Assembly (NCBI GenBank): GCA_002720635.1 | Contig: PBJD01000014.1 | Coordinates: 2,536 to 66,535, forward strand | Length of the DNA stretch: 64,000 bases | Origin: Flavobacteriales bacterium | GTDB taxonomy: Bacteria; Bacteroidota; Bacteroidia; Flavobacteriales_C; GCA-002722245 | Direction of reading: 5' to 3' | Shown here: positions 9,403 through 18,875 of the stretch, piece after piece | Layout of the letters: every line of letters starts with the position of its first letter | Numbering within the stretch: the first letter of the stretch is position 1 | Made by a program: the position numbers and the translations under genes | The notes under the pieces: model-generated | Told to the model about the DNA's origin: nothing | Databases searched by the model: none | Seen by the model: only the letters and a program-made list of their open reading frames with translations

Positions 9403-10973
9403 AGCAAAAATTAATAATTACTTTTTGTTTGATTTCATTTTCCTTGTTCGCTGGTGATAATGGATATTTTGTGATTTTTAATTCTAAAAGTTCGATTTAT
9501 CATTTTGATCCATATAGCTACTTTGACCAAAAAGCTATTGAAAATAAAATACGTATGGGTTTGCCAATTTATGATTGGTATGATTTACCTGTAAATCCTG
9601 ATTATGTTTCTGAAGTAGCGTCATTTTCTGATTCTTTAGGGTATAGGTTACGTTGGTTTAATGGTGTTACTGTTTATTGCTCGGAAAAATCTATTTTAAA
9701 AATAAAGCAATTGTCTTTTGTGAAAAAGGTTATTAAATGGAAGGGTAATATGGAAATTTTACCTCAAGCAAAAGAGATTAAACAGGACGTAGTAAAAAAA
9801 TCACCCATATTTCAGTGGCAATTGAACACAATGGGGGGTGAGTTGTTTCAAAAGAGAAATATATTTGGAGAAGGGGTTCGAATTTCGATTGTTGATGTTG
9901 GGTTCAGAGGTGCTGATGATAACAATCAACTAAATCATGTATTTACAAATAATAAATTTATTGATTCATGGGATTTTTCGAGAAATAAACCTTTGGATTT
10001 TACAAAAGGTCCCATGCACGGAACTATGGTGGCCTCCTTTGTTGTTGGTAAATTGGATTCGATTCAAATTGGTCACGCGCCGAAAGCTGAGGTTTTATTT
10101 GCAAAAATGAAGTCGATTACGAACTCGAATAAATCGATTGAAGAAGCCTGGTTAAAAGCTGTTGAATGGAGCCACAGGAAAGGGGCTCGATTGGTGAATA
10201 GTTCTGTTGGGTATACAGAAGGAAATCATACAATTGATATGTTAACAGGGGACATATGCTTAATGAGTTTGGCTGGTAATTTAGCTTCCAGAAAAGGTAT
10301 GCTTATTATTAATTCTGCTGGTAATGAAGGAGCTAATGATTGGAAAATGATTGGTTTTCCCAGTGATGCGGATAGTGTTTTAACTGTTGGTGCAATTGAT
10401 CCAAAATCAGGTGTAAGAACTGATTATTCTTCTTATGGACCATCAAAAGATTTAAACCTGAAGCCCAATGTGACTGCTGTTGGAGATGTCTTTTGGCACA
10501 CCGGTAGTGGTATTAAGAAGTTAGAAGGAACATCTTTTTCCACGCCACTGGTTACTGGTTATGCAGCTTGTGTTTTACAAAATCAACCTGATTTAATACC
10601 AATGAGCTTGATTGATACAATTCAAAAAACAGCTTCCCTTTATCCTTACTATGATTATTCTCATGGTTATGGTGTTCCTCGTGCAACATTATATTTTGAC
10701 GAAGACACAATAAAAAATGGAAATCCATCAATAGCACTTTTAAAAAGTCCAAATTATTTAGTTGACGGGTATTATTATTTTAAATATTTGAGCAATAAGG
10801 GATCCCATGTTTTTTATCAGATAATCCATAAAGATGGCTATATAAGAGACTACAAGGTAGTGACGTTTGAAAAAAATAACCAATCTCCTAAAATTTATTT
10901 TAAAGACCTTTCAAAAGGGGAGGTTATTAGAGTTTTTCACAGAGGAACATATATTGAAAAGAAAATTGAATGA
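9399..10973 (+). CDS. Secreted S8 (subtilisin-like) serine peptidase with N-terminal propeptide-like region; apparent TTG start overlapping the upstream stop
   Basis: Signal peptide, then the catalytic triad blocks IVDVGF (Asp), HGTMVAS (His) and GTSFSTPLVTG (Ser). Codon 9399-9401 is TTG. No in-frame ATG occurs until far downstream. Confidence 0.85.
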   Translation: MKQKLIITFCLISFSLFAGDNGYFVIFNSKSSIYHFDPYSYFDQKAIENKIRMGLPIYDWYDLPVNPDYVSEVASFSDSLGYRLRWFNGVTVYCSEKSILKIKQLSFVKKVIKWKGNMEILPQAKEIKQDVVKKSPIFQWQLNTMGGELFQKRNIFGEGVRISIVDVGFRGADDNNQLNHVFTNNKFIDSWDFSRNKPLDFTKGPMHGTMVASFVVGKLDSIQIGHAPKAEVLFAKMKSITNSNKSIEEAWLKAVEWSHRKGARLVNSSVGYTEGNHTIDMLTGDICLMSLAGNLASRKGMLIINSAGNEGANDWKMIGFPSDADSVLTVGAIDPKSGVRTDYSSYGPSKDLNLKPNVTAVGDVFWHTGSGIKKLEGTSFSTPLVTGYAACVLQNQPDLIPMSLIDTIQKTASLYPYYDYSHGYGVPRATLYFDEDTIKNGNPSIALLKSPNYLVDGYYYFKYLSNKGSHVFYQIIHKDGYIRDYKVVTFEKNNQSPKIYFKDLSKGEVIRVFHRGTYIEKKIE

Positions 10974-11662
10974 GAGTTGAAATCCTTTTTTTAATCCTTT
11001 TTCCCATTTTCTCAATGGGACAGGATTACGTAGTTGACGAAATATTTGAACCGGATGATTATTCGGGAGGATTCGCAGAAGTTAGTTCCAATAACCGTTT
11101 TATATATTCATGGGGGTTAAATGTAAATAACTCCGAATTAAACCTTATCAAAGTGTCGGGTTCCAATTATTTTGATTTTCGCTATCAATATAACTTGCCT
11201 ATATTAAAAAAAGTATATTTCACTTCAGGTATTGGTTTAAGCTGGAATATTTTTAATTTAAATAATGATAGTAATTCATTCTATATTGATTCTTTATTTC
11301 ATCAAAAAAGAAAATTGCGTTTTCAAAATATAACGAGTGTTATCGGTTTGAGATTTCAAGGGAAAAAATATCCGAATGAATCCTGGTGTTTAGAAGTTAA
11401 TTTTTCAAATGAATATTTAATTCGATCCAATTATATCACATGGGGTGAATTGGATGGGATGAAGTATAAAAATAAATTTTCAAAACTTAATTTTGTAGAT
11501 AAATATCAATATGGATTTGAAATTAGAGGTGGGTATAAGAATATATCCTTATTTTCAAGGTATAGGTTGAGTAATCTAATAAATCGTTCCATGTTTGATT
11601 TGGATTTGCCTAATTTAACTTTCGGATTGCAATTAGATATACCAGCATCTGGAGATATATAA
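10970..11662 (+). CDS. Small outer-membrane beta-barrel protein (hypothetical)
   Basis: Signal peptide MRVEILFLILFPIFSMGQ. Alternating hydrophobic pattern. C-terminus ...LTFGLQLDI. ATGA overlap with the S8 gene. Confidence 0.6.
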   Translation: MRVEILFLILFPIFSMGQDYVVDEIFEPDDYSGGFAEVSSNNRFIYSWGLNVNNSELNLIKVSGSNYFDFRYQYNLPILKKVYFTSGIGLSWNIFNLNNDSNSFYIDSLFHQKRKLRFQNITSVIGLRFQGKKYPNESWCLEVNFSNEYLIRSNYITWGELDGMKYKNKFSKLNFVDKYQYGFEIRGGYKNISLFSRYRLSNLINRSMFDLDLPNLTFGLQLDIPASGDI

Positions 11663-11669
11663 CATAAAT

Positions 11670-12095
11670 ATGTGGAAAAGTGACTATAGTGTTGATCAAG
11701 TTAATTCAATGAGTAAAAATACAATACTTGATGTTTTAGGAATTGAAATAACTGAAATAGGAGATGATTTCCTTACAGGTAAAATGCCGGTGGATTCCAG
11801 AACGGTTCAACCGATGAGAATTTTACATGGAGGCGCAAATGTTGTTTTAGCTGAAACTTTAGGTAGTATTGCTTCTTTAATGATAATTAATCCAGAGGAA
11901 GAAATAAGTGTAGGCGTAGATATCAATGCTAATCACATTCGGTCTGTTAAATCTGGTTGGGTTACAGGAGTTGCAAAACCTTTGAGTATTGGACGTAAGA
12001 TTCACGTATGGGAAATCAAAATTAACGATGAGGGGGGTCGCTTAACATGTATTTCACGACTTACTGTATCAGTTTTACCCAAAAAAAACAGCTAG
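11670..12095 (+). CDS. PaaI/YdiI-family hotdog-fold thioesterase (possibly DHNA-CoA thioesterase-like)
   Basis: Family-typical motifs LDVLGIEITE...MPVD.RTVQPMRILHGGANVVLAETLGS. Confidence 0.8.
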   Translation: MWKSDYSVDQVNSMSKNTILDVLGIEITEIGDDFLTGKMPVDSRTVQPMRILHGGANVVLAETLGSIASLMIINPEEEISVGVDINANHIRSVKSGWVTGVAKPLSIGRKIHVWEIKINDEGGRLTCISRLTVSVLPKKNS

Positions 12096-12478
12096 TTTAA
12101 AACAAAAGGTGCGATAAGATCAAATTCTGGTATGTAAACTTTAAACTTCTCGCGTGTCATTAGGTTTTGCATAATGTAATATCCCCGCATTCTTCCAATG
12201 GGTGAAGTAAGTGATGTTCCTGATTCATAGTCATGAGACCCTTGAAATTCCAGTGTGGGTTGTAAACCAATAACTCCATTTCCTTCTACTTCATAGTGCT
12301 CTCCTTTGGAGTCGAACACAAACCATTTTCTGGAGAGCAATTTAACTGAAAAGTCATTTTCATTTTTTATTGATATTTGGTACGAAAAAATAAATTCTGA
12401 TTGGGCGGGTTTTGAGAACTCTTCTTCATAGTTACTTCTGACTATAACTTCAACACCCTCAGTTATTAAACTCTCCAT
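12092..12478 (-). CDS. apaG: ApaG (DUF525) protein
   Basis: GVIGLQPTLEFQGSHDYESGTSLTSPIGRMRGYYIMQ aligns with conserved ApaG/FBA-like blocks. Confidence 0.8.
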   Translation of the reverse strand: MESLITEGVEVIVRSNYEEEFSKPAQSEFIFSYQISIKNENDFSVKLLSRKWFVFDSKGEHYEVEGNGVIGLQPTLEFQGSHDYESGTSLTSPIGRMRGYYIMQNLMTREKFKVYIPEFDLIAPFVLN

Positions 12479-12510
12479 AATGCAAAAGTAAGAAAAGAAA
12501 GTACTCAGCG

Positions 12511-13764
12511 CTACTGAAAAGTAAATCTTTTAACACCTATTAACGTTTCTGTTTCATCATTAAAACCTTTATGATATATAAAAACTGTGTACGTGTTTTT
12601 TGCTTGAAAATGGCTTCCGTCAGTATTTTCCCAGAAGAGTGAATTTTCCATATTTTTTTTTGCAGCATAAGCATAATTATATACACCTTGTTTTAGTAAT
12701 ATATGTGATTCGTAATGTTCTAATGAGTCTTTGTAGATCATTTTGAAATTTCTATTGATTTCTCCACCATTTATTTTCCCCAGAATAAAAACTGAACTAC
12801 TGTCCAAAGGTATTTTACGTGCAAATCTAAAATGAACAAAAGCGTAGTCTGATGTTAGGTTTGGGTTTTCCCTGAACGTTTTTTTTTCAATAAAAAATCT
12901 ACCATCATGATCCATAGTTTGTTTGTATTTCAGGTAAGCACGATTGTAGTCTGTTTCAGGTATAATATGATATATTGAGTCTTCGTAAAAAATTTCTTCA
13001 ACACCTTGTGCGGGTTGTTTTAAGTCTCTGAAATCCAATATTCTGTATTCATTTCCTGCTTCAAATAAGGTTTCGTTTTCATTGTTGAAGAGCAATTGGT
13101 TGTTTCCTTCAAATGATGGTTTTATATTGTACTTTGCGTTATCATACCTACCGTTTTGTATAATTACAGCTTTAAATTCGCTCCTGGGGTTGTTACTTGG
13201 AATCATAGAGTGGTTAACTGCAAAGTTTACTAGATGATGTGTATGTTTCAAATCAAAATTTATTGGCCTTTTCGGTTGGGGAGTTATCGTTATTTTTGAT
13301 TCAACGATATAGAATTTATGTGTCAACATAACCTCCAGTGTCTCAACTTCCTTAACAATTAAGATATAATTTCCACTCATTAAAAATTTAGATTCTGTTG
13401 AGGGGAAATCTAAATTGTAGTGAATATAATCTATTGCTGTGTTTTCAGAAAACTCAAAATCAGTAATAAATTGATCTTCCATTCCTTCAGCAAAATCATG
13501 AAAAAATACGTTTTCGGATTTTTCCCAATTTGCATCACATTTTATAAATGTATAGGAGAATTCTTTTGGTTCATTAGCCAGGTAATCAAAACTTAAATTG
13601 AGTTTTTCATCTGTGTTTAAGGAAATAATAGGCATATCATAAGTCAAACCGTAGTTTGACAACTGAACACTTTTAATAGAAGGAGAAAATATTTCATTTT
13701 TAAATGATGCCAATAAGTGCAAACTGGTAAAAGGGATTAAGATGAGAGTTAAAAACAATTTCAT
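12511..13764 (-). CDS. Secreted hypothetical protein (Bacteroidota-specific; function unknown)
   Basis: N-terminal signal peptide and an intact 417-aa ORF. I recognise no catalytic motif. Confidence 0.6.
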   Translation of the reverse strand: MKLFLTLILIPFTSLHLLASFKNEIFSPSIKSVQLSNYGLTYDMPIISLNTDEKLNLSFDYLANEPKEFSYTFIKCDANWEKSENVFFHDFAEGMEDQFITDFEFSENTAIDYIHYNLDFPSTESKFLMSGNYILIVKEVETLEVMLTHKFYIVESKITITPQPKRPINFDLKHTHHLVNFAVNHSMIPSNNPRSEFKAVIIQNGRYDNAKYNIKPSFEGNNQLLFNNENETLFEAGNEYRILDFRDLKQPAQGVEEIFYEDSIYHIIPETDYNRAYLKYKQTMDHDGRFFIEKKTFRENPNLTSDYAFVHFRFARKIPLDSSSVFILGKINGGEINRNFKMIYKDSLEHYESHILLKQGVYNYAYAAKKNMENSLFWENTDGSHFQAKNTYTVFIYHKGFNDETETLIGVKRFTFQ

Positions 13765-13856
13765 ACATCTAAAATAAAGCTCGAGTTGTTAATTTAAATA
13801 ATAATAATTTATTTAGAATGGATTTAAATAACAACGGGGCCCCTTAAAATTTAGTA

Positions 13857-13882
13857 TTGAACCTCTTGTTTTTTTATTTTTG
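13857..13882 (+). promoter_or_regulatory. Candidate Bacteroidota sigma-AB-type promoter (-33 TTG / -7 TAnnTTTG) upstream of nqrA
   Basis: tatttttg at 13875-13882 matches TAnnTTTG. TTG lies at 13857-13859, but the 15-nt spacer is shorter than usual. Confidence 0.2.
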
Positions 13883-13913
13883 CAGTATTGATTTATCACC
13901 CAATCTATAAAGA

Positions 13914-15422
13914 ATGTCAGTACAAATAAAGCTGAGAAAAGGGGCGGACATCAAATTACAAGGTGTCGCAAGTCGCATCAAAGTAGATGCGCCACCGTCT
14001 GATGTAGTAGCAATTAAGCCTTCAGATTTTCATGGCGTAATCCCAAAATTGATTTTAAGAGAAGGCGCTAAGGTTAAAGCTGGTACACCTATATTCTTTG
14101 ATAAAGAGAATGATAGAATTAAGTTTTCCTCACCAGTTTCCGGAGAAATTATTGAAATAGTGCGAGGAGCGCGTCGTGTTATTCTGGAAATTAAAATTAA
14201 AATTGACAAAACGAATTCTTTTGAAGATTTTGGTACGACTGATGTTACAAAAGTACCTGTTGAAGATTTGAAAAACAAGCTTCTTAATTCCGGTTTATGG
14301 ACATTCATAAAGCAGCGACCATTTAACTGTATCGCTAATCCGGATGATCAACCGAAGGCAGTATTCGTTTCCGGCTTTGATTCAAGCCCACTTGCTCCAG
14401 ATTACGACTTTTTGTTGGAGGGAAGAGAGGAAGATTTCCAGTTAGGTATTGATGCATTGGCCAAATTTGCCCGGAACGGATTTGTGAATTTAAATATTCC
14501 AGCGGAAAAGGTATTAAGATTCAACTCAACCGATCTTTTTTCCTATACGGATGATGTGGGCAGAGAAATAGAAGTGGATTACAAAACGGCTTCAAATGTA
14601 GCCGCATCTCACGGGGCAGCAAAAGCATTACAGTCATTAAAAAATAAATACGGTAAAGCAAGTACTGTCTTCACAAAAGCAAAGAATGTTTCTTTGGGAG
14701 AAATTTCAGGGCAACATCCAGCTGGTAATGTGGGTATTCAAATACATCATATTAATCCAGTTAATAAAGGAGAGGTTGTTTGGACCGTGAATGCACAAGA
14801 TGTAGCAATGATCGGTGAGTTCCTAAGAACGGGTAACTTTAATGCTAAAAAAGTTATAGCACTTACAGGTTCTGAAGTTGCTCTTCCAAGATATTACTCA
14901 GTGACTCTAGGTCAAAATCTAGAAAGTATATTCGAAGGTAATTTAAAGGAAAGCGAAGATACCCCAAGATTCATCTCTGGAAACCCTTTGACAGGTACAA
15001 AAGTTGAAAAAGACGGTTATTTGGGTGCATATGATTCGCAATTAACTGTTCTCCCAGAAGGAAATAAGTACGATTTGTTTGGATGGGCAGTCCCTATTCA
15101 GCCAAATAAGTTTTCACTAAGCAGAACACTGTGGTCATGGATAATGCCAAGTAAGGCATATCGATTAAATACTAATATGAATGGTGAACAAAGAGCTTTT
15201 GTTGTAACCGGTGAATATGAAAAATTACTACCAATGAGTATTTTTCCTGTTCAGCTGTTGAAGTCTTGTTTAGTAGAAGATATCGATGCTATGGAAGGTC
15301 TGGGGATATATGAGATAGTACCAGAAGATATAGCTCTATGTGAGTTTGCTTGTACTTCTAAACAACCTGCTCAGGAAATTCTTCAAACAGGCCTGGATTT
15401 AGTTAAAAAAGAGTGCGCATAA
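13914..15422 (+). CDS. nqrA: Na+-translocating NADH:quinone oxidoreductase subunit A
   Basis: First gene of a six-gene colinear operon. Size and N-terminus are typical of NqrA. Confidence 0.9.
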   Translation: MSVQIKLRKGADIKLQGVASRIKVDAPPSDVVAIKPSDFHGVIPKLILREGAKVKAGTPIFFDKENDRIKFSSPVSGEIIEIVRGARRVILEIKIKIDKTNSFEDFGTTDVTKVPVEDLKNKLLNSGLWTFIKQRPFNCIANPDDQPKAVFVSGFDSSPLAPDYDFLLEGREEDFQLGIDALAKFARNGFVNLNIPAEKVLRFNSTDLFSYTDDVGREIEVDYKTASNVAASHGAAKALQSLKNKYGKASTVFTKAKNVSLGEISGQHPAGNVGIQIHHINPVNKGEVVWTVNAQDVAMIGEFLRTGNFNAKKVIALTGSEVALPRYYSVTLGQNLESIFEGNLKESEDTPRFISGNPLTGTKVEKDGYLGAYDSQLTVLPEGNKYDLFGWAVPIQPNKFSLSRTLWSWIMPSKAYRLNTNMNGEQRAFVVTGEYEKLLPMSIFPVQLLKSCLVEDIDAMEGLGIYEIVPEDIALCEFACTSKQPAQEILQTGLDLVKKECA

Positions 15423-15444
15423 TTAATTCAATTTTAAAAGGAAG

Positions 15445-16755
15445 ATGAAGTTTTTAGAAAAAATTGTAGACAAACTGGAACCCAACTTTGAGAAAGGGGG
15501 GAAGTATGAGAAGTGGTTCCCGCTTTTTGATGGATTTGCTACATTTTTGTTCACACCTAAGCATACAACCAAGAAAGGTGTGCATATACGAGATGCCGTT
15601 GATTTAAAGAGAACAATGAATACCGTAATCATAGCCATGGTTCCATGTCTGTTGTTTGGTATTTGGAATACTGGTTACCAGCATTACAATGCCCTTGGTT
15701 TAACGGAAGAATTTGGCGTTCTGGATCAAATATTATTTGGTGCGCTTAAAGTTATTCCAGTAGTAATCGTTTCTTATGTAGTTGGTCTGGGGGTTGAGTT
15801 TGGTTTCTGTATTGCTAAGGGGCATCCTATTGAAGAAGGTTTTCTGGTTTCGGGAATGCTTATACCATTAATTGTGCCCGCTGATACTCCATTGTGGATG
15901 GTAGCTGTTGCTACAATTTTTTCGGTAGTTTTTGTCAAAGAAGTTTTTGGTGGTACTGGTATGAATATCTTAAACCCGGCTTTAACTGCAAGGGCATTTT
16001 TATTCTTTGCGTATCCAAAGCAGTTATCTGGTGATAGTGCATGGGTGAATATGGAGTTGCCTGATGGTTATTCTTATGCTGAAAATGGTACTGTCGTTTT
16101 GAATGAGTTGGGTCAAAAAGTAGGACAGGTTGATGCTATAGCCGGAGCTACTCAATTATCAAGATTTAATGCTTCAATAGGGGCGATGAAAGATAAAGCT
16201 GAAGAACTTGGCGAAGCTGTTGGTGCAAATGCTCAGGCTTTCGATGCGGGACTGGATAAATTAGCAAAAAAGTACGAATTGTGGGAATCCTTTGTAGGTG
16301 TTATTCCTGGATCTATTGGAGAAACATCGGTAATTGCCATATTAATTGGAGCGGGATTCTTATTGCATACTGGAGTTGGTTCCTTAAAAATAATGTTATC
16401 TGGTATTTTTGGTGCTGTTTTCATGACCATAATATTCAATACAGCAGGATTAAATCCTTACATGACTGTGGGGCCTTTAGAGCATTTGTTTGCAGGTGGT
16501 TTCATGTTTGGTTTAGTATTTATGGCTACAGATCCTGTATCTGCCGCTCAAACTGAAGTAGGTAAAGTGATTTACGGATTCTTTATAGGTCTTTTCTGTA
16601 TTATGATCAGGGTATTTAATCCCGCTTATCCAGAAGGTATGATGCTGGCAATTCTTTTCATGAACGTAATGGCTCCACTGATTGATCATTACGTAATACA
16701 AAATAATATCAAACAGCGTTTAGAAAGATTGAAACTAAATACTGCAAACCATTAA
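15445..16755 (+). CDS. nqrB: Na+-NQR subunit B
   Basis: N-terminal EKGGKYEKWFPLFD and the FMN-attachment region FMATDPVSAAQT. Confidence 0.92.
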   Translation: MKFLEKIVDKLEPNFEKGGKYEKWFPLFDGFATFLFTPKHTTKKGVHIRDAVDLKRTMNTVIIAMVPCLLFGIWNTGYQHYNALGLTEEFGVLDQILFGALKVIPVVIVSYVVGLGVEFGFCIAKGHPIEEGFLVSGMLIPLIVPADTPLWMVAVATIFSVVFVKEVFGGTGMNILNPALTARAFLFFAYPKQLSGDSAWVNMELPDGYSYAENGTVVLNELGQKVGQVDAIAGATQLSRFNASIGAMKDKAEELGEAVGANAQAFDAGLDKLAKKYELWESFVGVIPGSIGETSVIAILIGAGFLLHTGVGSLKIMLSGIFGAVFMTIIFNTAGLNPYMTVGPLEHLFAGGFMFGLVFMATDPVSAAQTEVGKVIYGFFIGLFCIMIRVFNPAYPEGMMLAILFMNVMAPLIDHYVIQNNIKQRLERLKLNTANH

Positions 16756-16766
16756 CACGTTTAAAA

Positions 16767-17498
16767 ATGGCAATAAATAAAAATAGTACTGGATATACAA
16801 TTACATTCTCAGTTGTTTTGGTTTGTATATGCGGTGCATTGCTGGCTTTTTTAGCTACTCAGTTAAAACCTTTCCAAAATGCAAATATTGCTAATGAGAA
16901 AAGACAATTCATTTTGTCTGCGGCAGGTTTTGCGTCATTGGATAGTTTGAAAAAATTACAAAAATCAGATATTGAGAAAATGTTCTCAGAGTCTGTAACC
17001 AGTAATGTTTACGATTTTGAAGGTTCCCCAATCCAGGGTGAGGACGCTTTTTTAATTGACATTGTCAAAGAGTTCAAGGCAACTAAAAATGAACCAAAAA
17101 TCCGTAGATATCCTGTTTTTACATGTGTTAATGAATCCGATACCAGTTATGTAATCCCAATGGCAGGAAATGGTTTATGGGGTCCGGTTTGGGGGTTTGC
17201 GGCCTTAGGTTCAGATCAGAATACGATTACAGGTATTGTTTTTGACCACAAATCAGAGACACCAGGATTAGGAGCAAAAATCACTGATCAATCCTTCGTT
17301 GATATGTTTACTTCAACAACTAAAACAGTAATGAAAGGCGATAAATATATGGGGTTAAAAGTGGTTAAGGGTGGTTTAAAAGAGCCGAACCATGAAGTTG
17401 ATGCGATAGCCGGGGCTACAATAACCTCAAATGGTGTTTCGGCAATGTTAAAAAGTGCCTTTAAGCCCTATATGAAAGCTTGGGATAAAATTAAATAA
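16767..17498 (+). CDS. nqrC: Na+-NQR subunit C
   Basis: One N-terminal TM helix. FMN-binding motif GLGAKI...DAIAGATITS. Confidence 0.9.
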   Translation: MAINKNSTGYTITFSVVLVCICGALLAFLATQLKPFQNANIANEKRQFILSAAGFASLDSLKKLQKSDIEKMFSESVTSNVYDFEGSPIQGEDAFLIDIVKEFKATKNEPKIRRYPVFTCVNESDTSYVIPMAGNGLWGPVWGFAALGSDQNTITGIVFDHKSETPGLGAKITDQSFVDMFTSTTKTVMKGDKYMGLKVVKGGLKEPNHEVDAIAGATITSNGVSAMLKSAFKPYMKAWDKIK

Positions 17499-17527
17499 GA
17501 GGAGTATAAAGATTTAAACAATACACA

Positions 17528-18193
17528 ATGAGTGCGAAAAAAGAATCATTATTTTCTAAAAAGAACATGAAGTTGATTAAGGATCCTTTAAATGATTCTA
17601 ATCCAATTTCCATTCAGGTATTAGGGATTTGTTCTGCCTTGGCTATTACAATCATGTTGGAAAATGCTTTTGTAATGTCTATGTCGGTCCTGTTCGTTTT
17701 GATAATGGCCAATGTAATCGTATCCGTTATTAGGAATATGATTCCAGATAAAATCAGAATTATTGTTCAGTTGGTTATTGTTGCTACATTAGTAATTACC
17801 GTTGACCAAATCTTAAAGGCTTTTGTATATGAAGTGTCTAAACAACTATCGGTATTTGTTGGTTTAATTATAACCAATTGTATTATTATGGGGCGTTTGG
17901 AAGCGTTTGCTCTTGGTAATAAGGTTGGTCCTTCTTTCCTGGATGCAATTGGTAATGCTTTTGGATATACATGGATTCTACTGGTTGTTGGTTTGATTCG
18001 TGAAGTATTTGGTTCGGGTTCACTAACAATGTTTGGTTTGGAAGGTCTGATTCCAGAGTCTTGGATGATTGAAAACGGAGGATTTTATGAACACAACGGG
18101 TTGATGTTGTTGTCACCAATAGCTCTGTTTTTAGTTGCTGGTGTTATCTGGGTTCAAAGGGCGAAAAACAGAAAATTAATTGAAGAAAATTAA
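17528..18193 (+). CDS. nqrD: Na+-NQR subunit D
   Basis: Polytopic membrane protein with N-terminus LIKDPLNDSNPISIQVLGICSALA typical of NqrD/RnfE. Confidence 0.9.
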   Translation: MSAKKESLFSKKNMKLIKDPLNDSNPISIQVLGICSALAITIMLENAFVMSMSVLFVLIMANVIVSVIRNMIPDKIRIIVQLVIVATLVITVDQILKAFVYEVSKQLSVFVGLIITNCIIMGRLEAFALGNKVGPSFLDAIGNAFGYTWILLVVGLIREVFGSGSLTMFGLEGLIPESWMIENGGFYEHNGLMLLSPIALFLVAGVIWVQRAKNRKLIEEN

Positions 18194-18211
18194 TCGACAA
18201 AATTTAAAGAG

Positions 18212-18844
18212 ATGTTAGATTACATAAATATCATTGTTAAAAGTATTTTCATCGAAAATATGATTTTTGCTTACTTCTTAGGTATGTGTTCATATCTGGC
18301 AGTTTCAAAGTCTGTTAAAACCGCATCAGGTTTAGGTGCAGCCGTTATTTTTGTACTTTGTGTAACTGTGCCTGTAAACTATTTGTTGGAAAATTATGTT
18401 TTGGCAGAAGGCGCACTTGATTGGTTGGATGCGGACTATGGTTTGAATGGAAGTGAAACAATGGATTTATCTTTCCTTTCGTTCATTATGTTTATTGCAG
18501 TAGTTGCTTCAATTGTTCAATTGGTTGAAATGATTGTTGAGAAATTTGCTCCTGCGCTATATGGTGCATTGGGAATTTTCCTGCCGCTTATTGCAGTAAA
18601 CTGTTCCATATTAGGAGGGGCATTATTCATGCAGGAAAGACAGTATGGTTCTATTGGAGAAGCCACGGCTTTTGCATTTGGTTCAGGTATCGGTTGGTGG
18701 ATTGCAATTGTTGCTTTAGCAGCGATTCGAGAAAAAATTCGTTATTCGAATGTTCCTGCTCCATTGAGAGGTTTAGGAATAACTTTTATTATTACTGGAT
18801 TGATGGGAATTGCTTTTATGGCATTTCTGGGAATTGAACTTTAG
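18212..18844 (+). CDS. nqrE: Na+-NQR subunit E
   Basis: [17 protein letters not shown] matches the NqrE/RnfA family. Confidence 0.9.
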   Translation: MLDYINIIVKSIFIENMIFAYFLGMCSYLAVSKSVKTASGLGAAVIFVLCVTVPVNYLLENYVLAEGALDWLDADYGLNGSETMDLSFLSFIMFIAVVASIVQLVEMIVEKFAPALYGALGIFLPLIAVNCSILGGALFMQERQYGSIGEATAFAFGSGIGWWIAIVALAAIREKIRYSNVPAPLRGLGITFIITGLMGIAFMAFLGIEL

Positions 18845-18875
18845 ATAGGATAAGAAGAATTTTATATTAATAGAT

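Noticed and set aside
12511-13764. Calling the 417-aa secreted protein a T9SS plug-family component.
   Set aside because: I could not verify any diagnostic motif from the sequence alone, so it is left as hypothetical.
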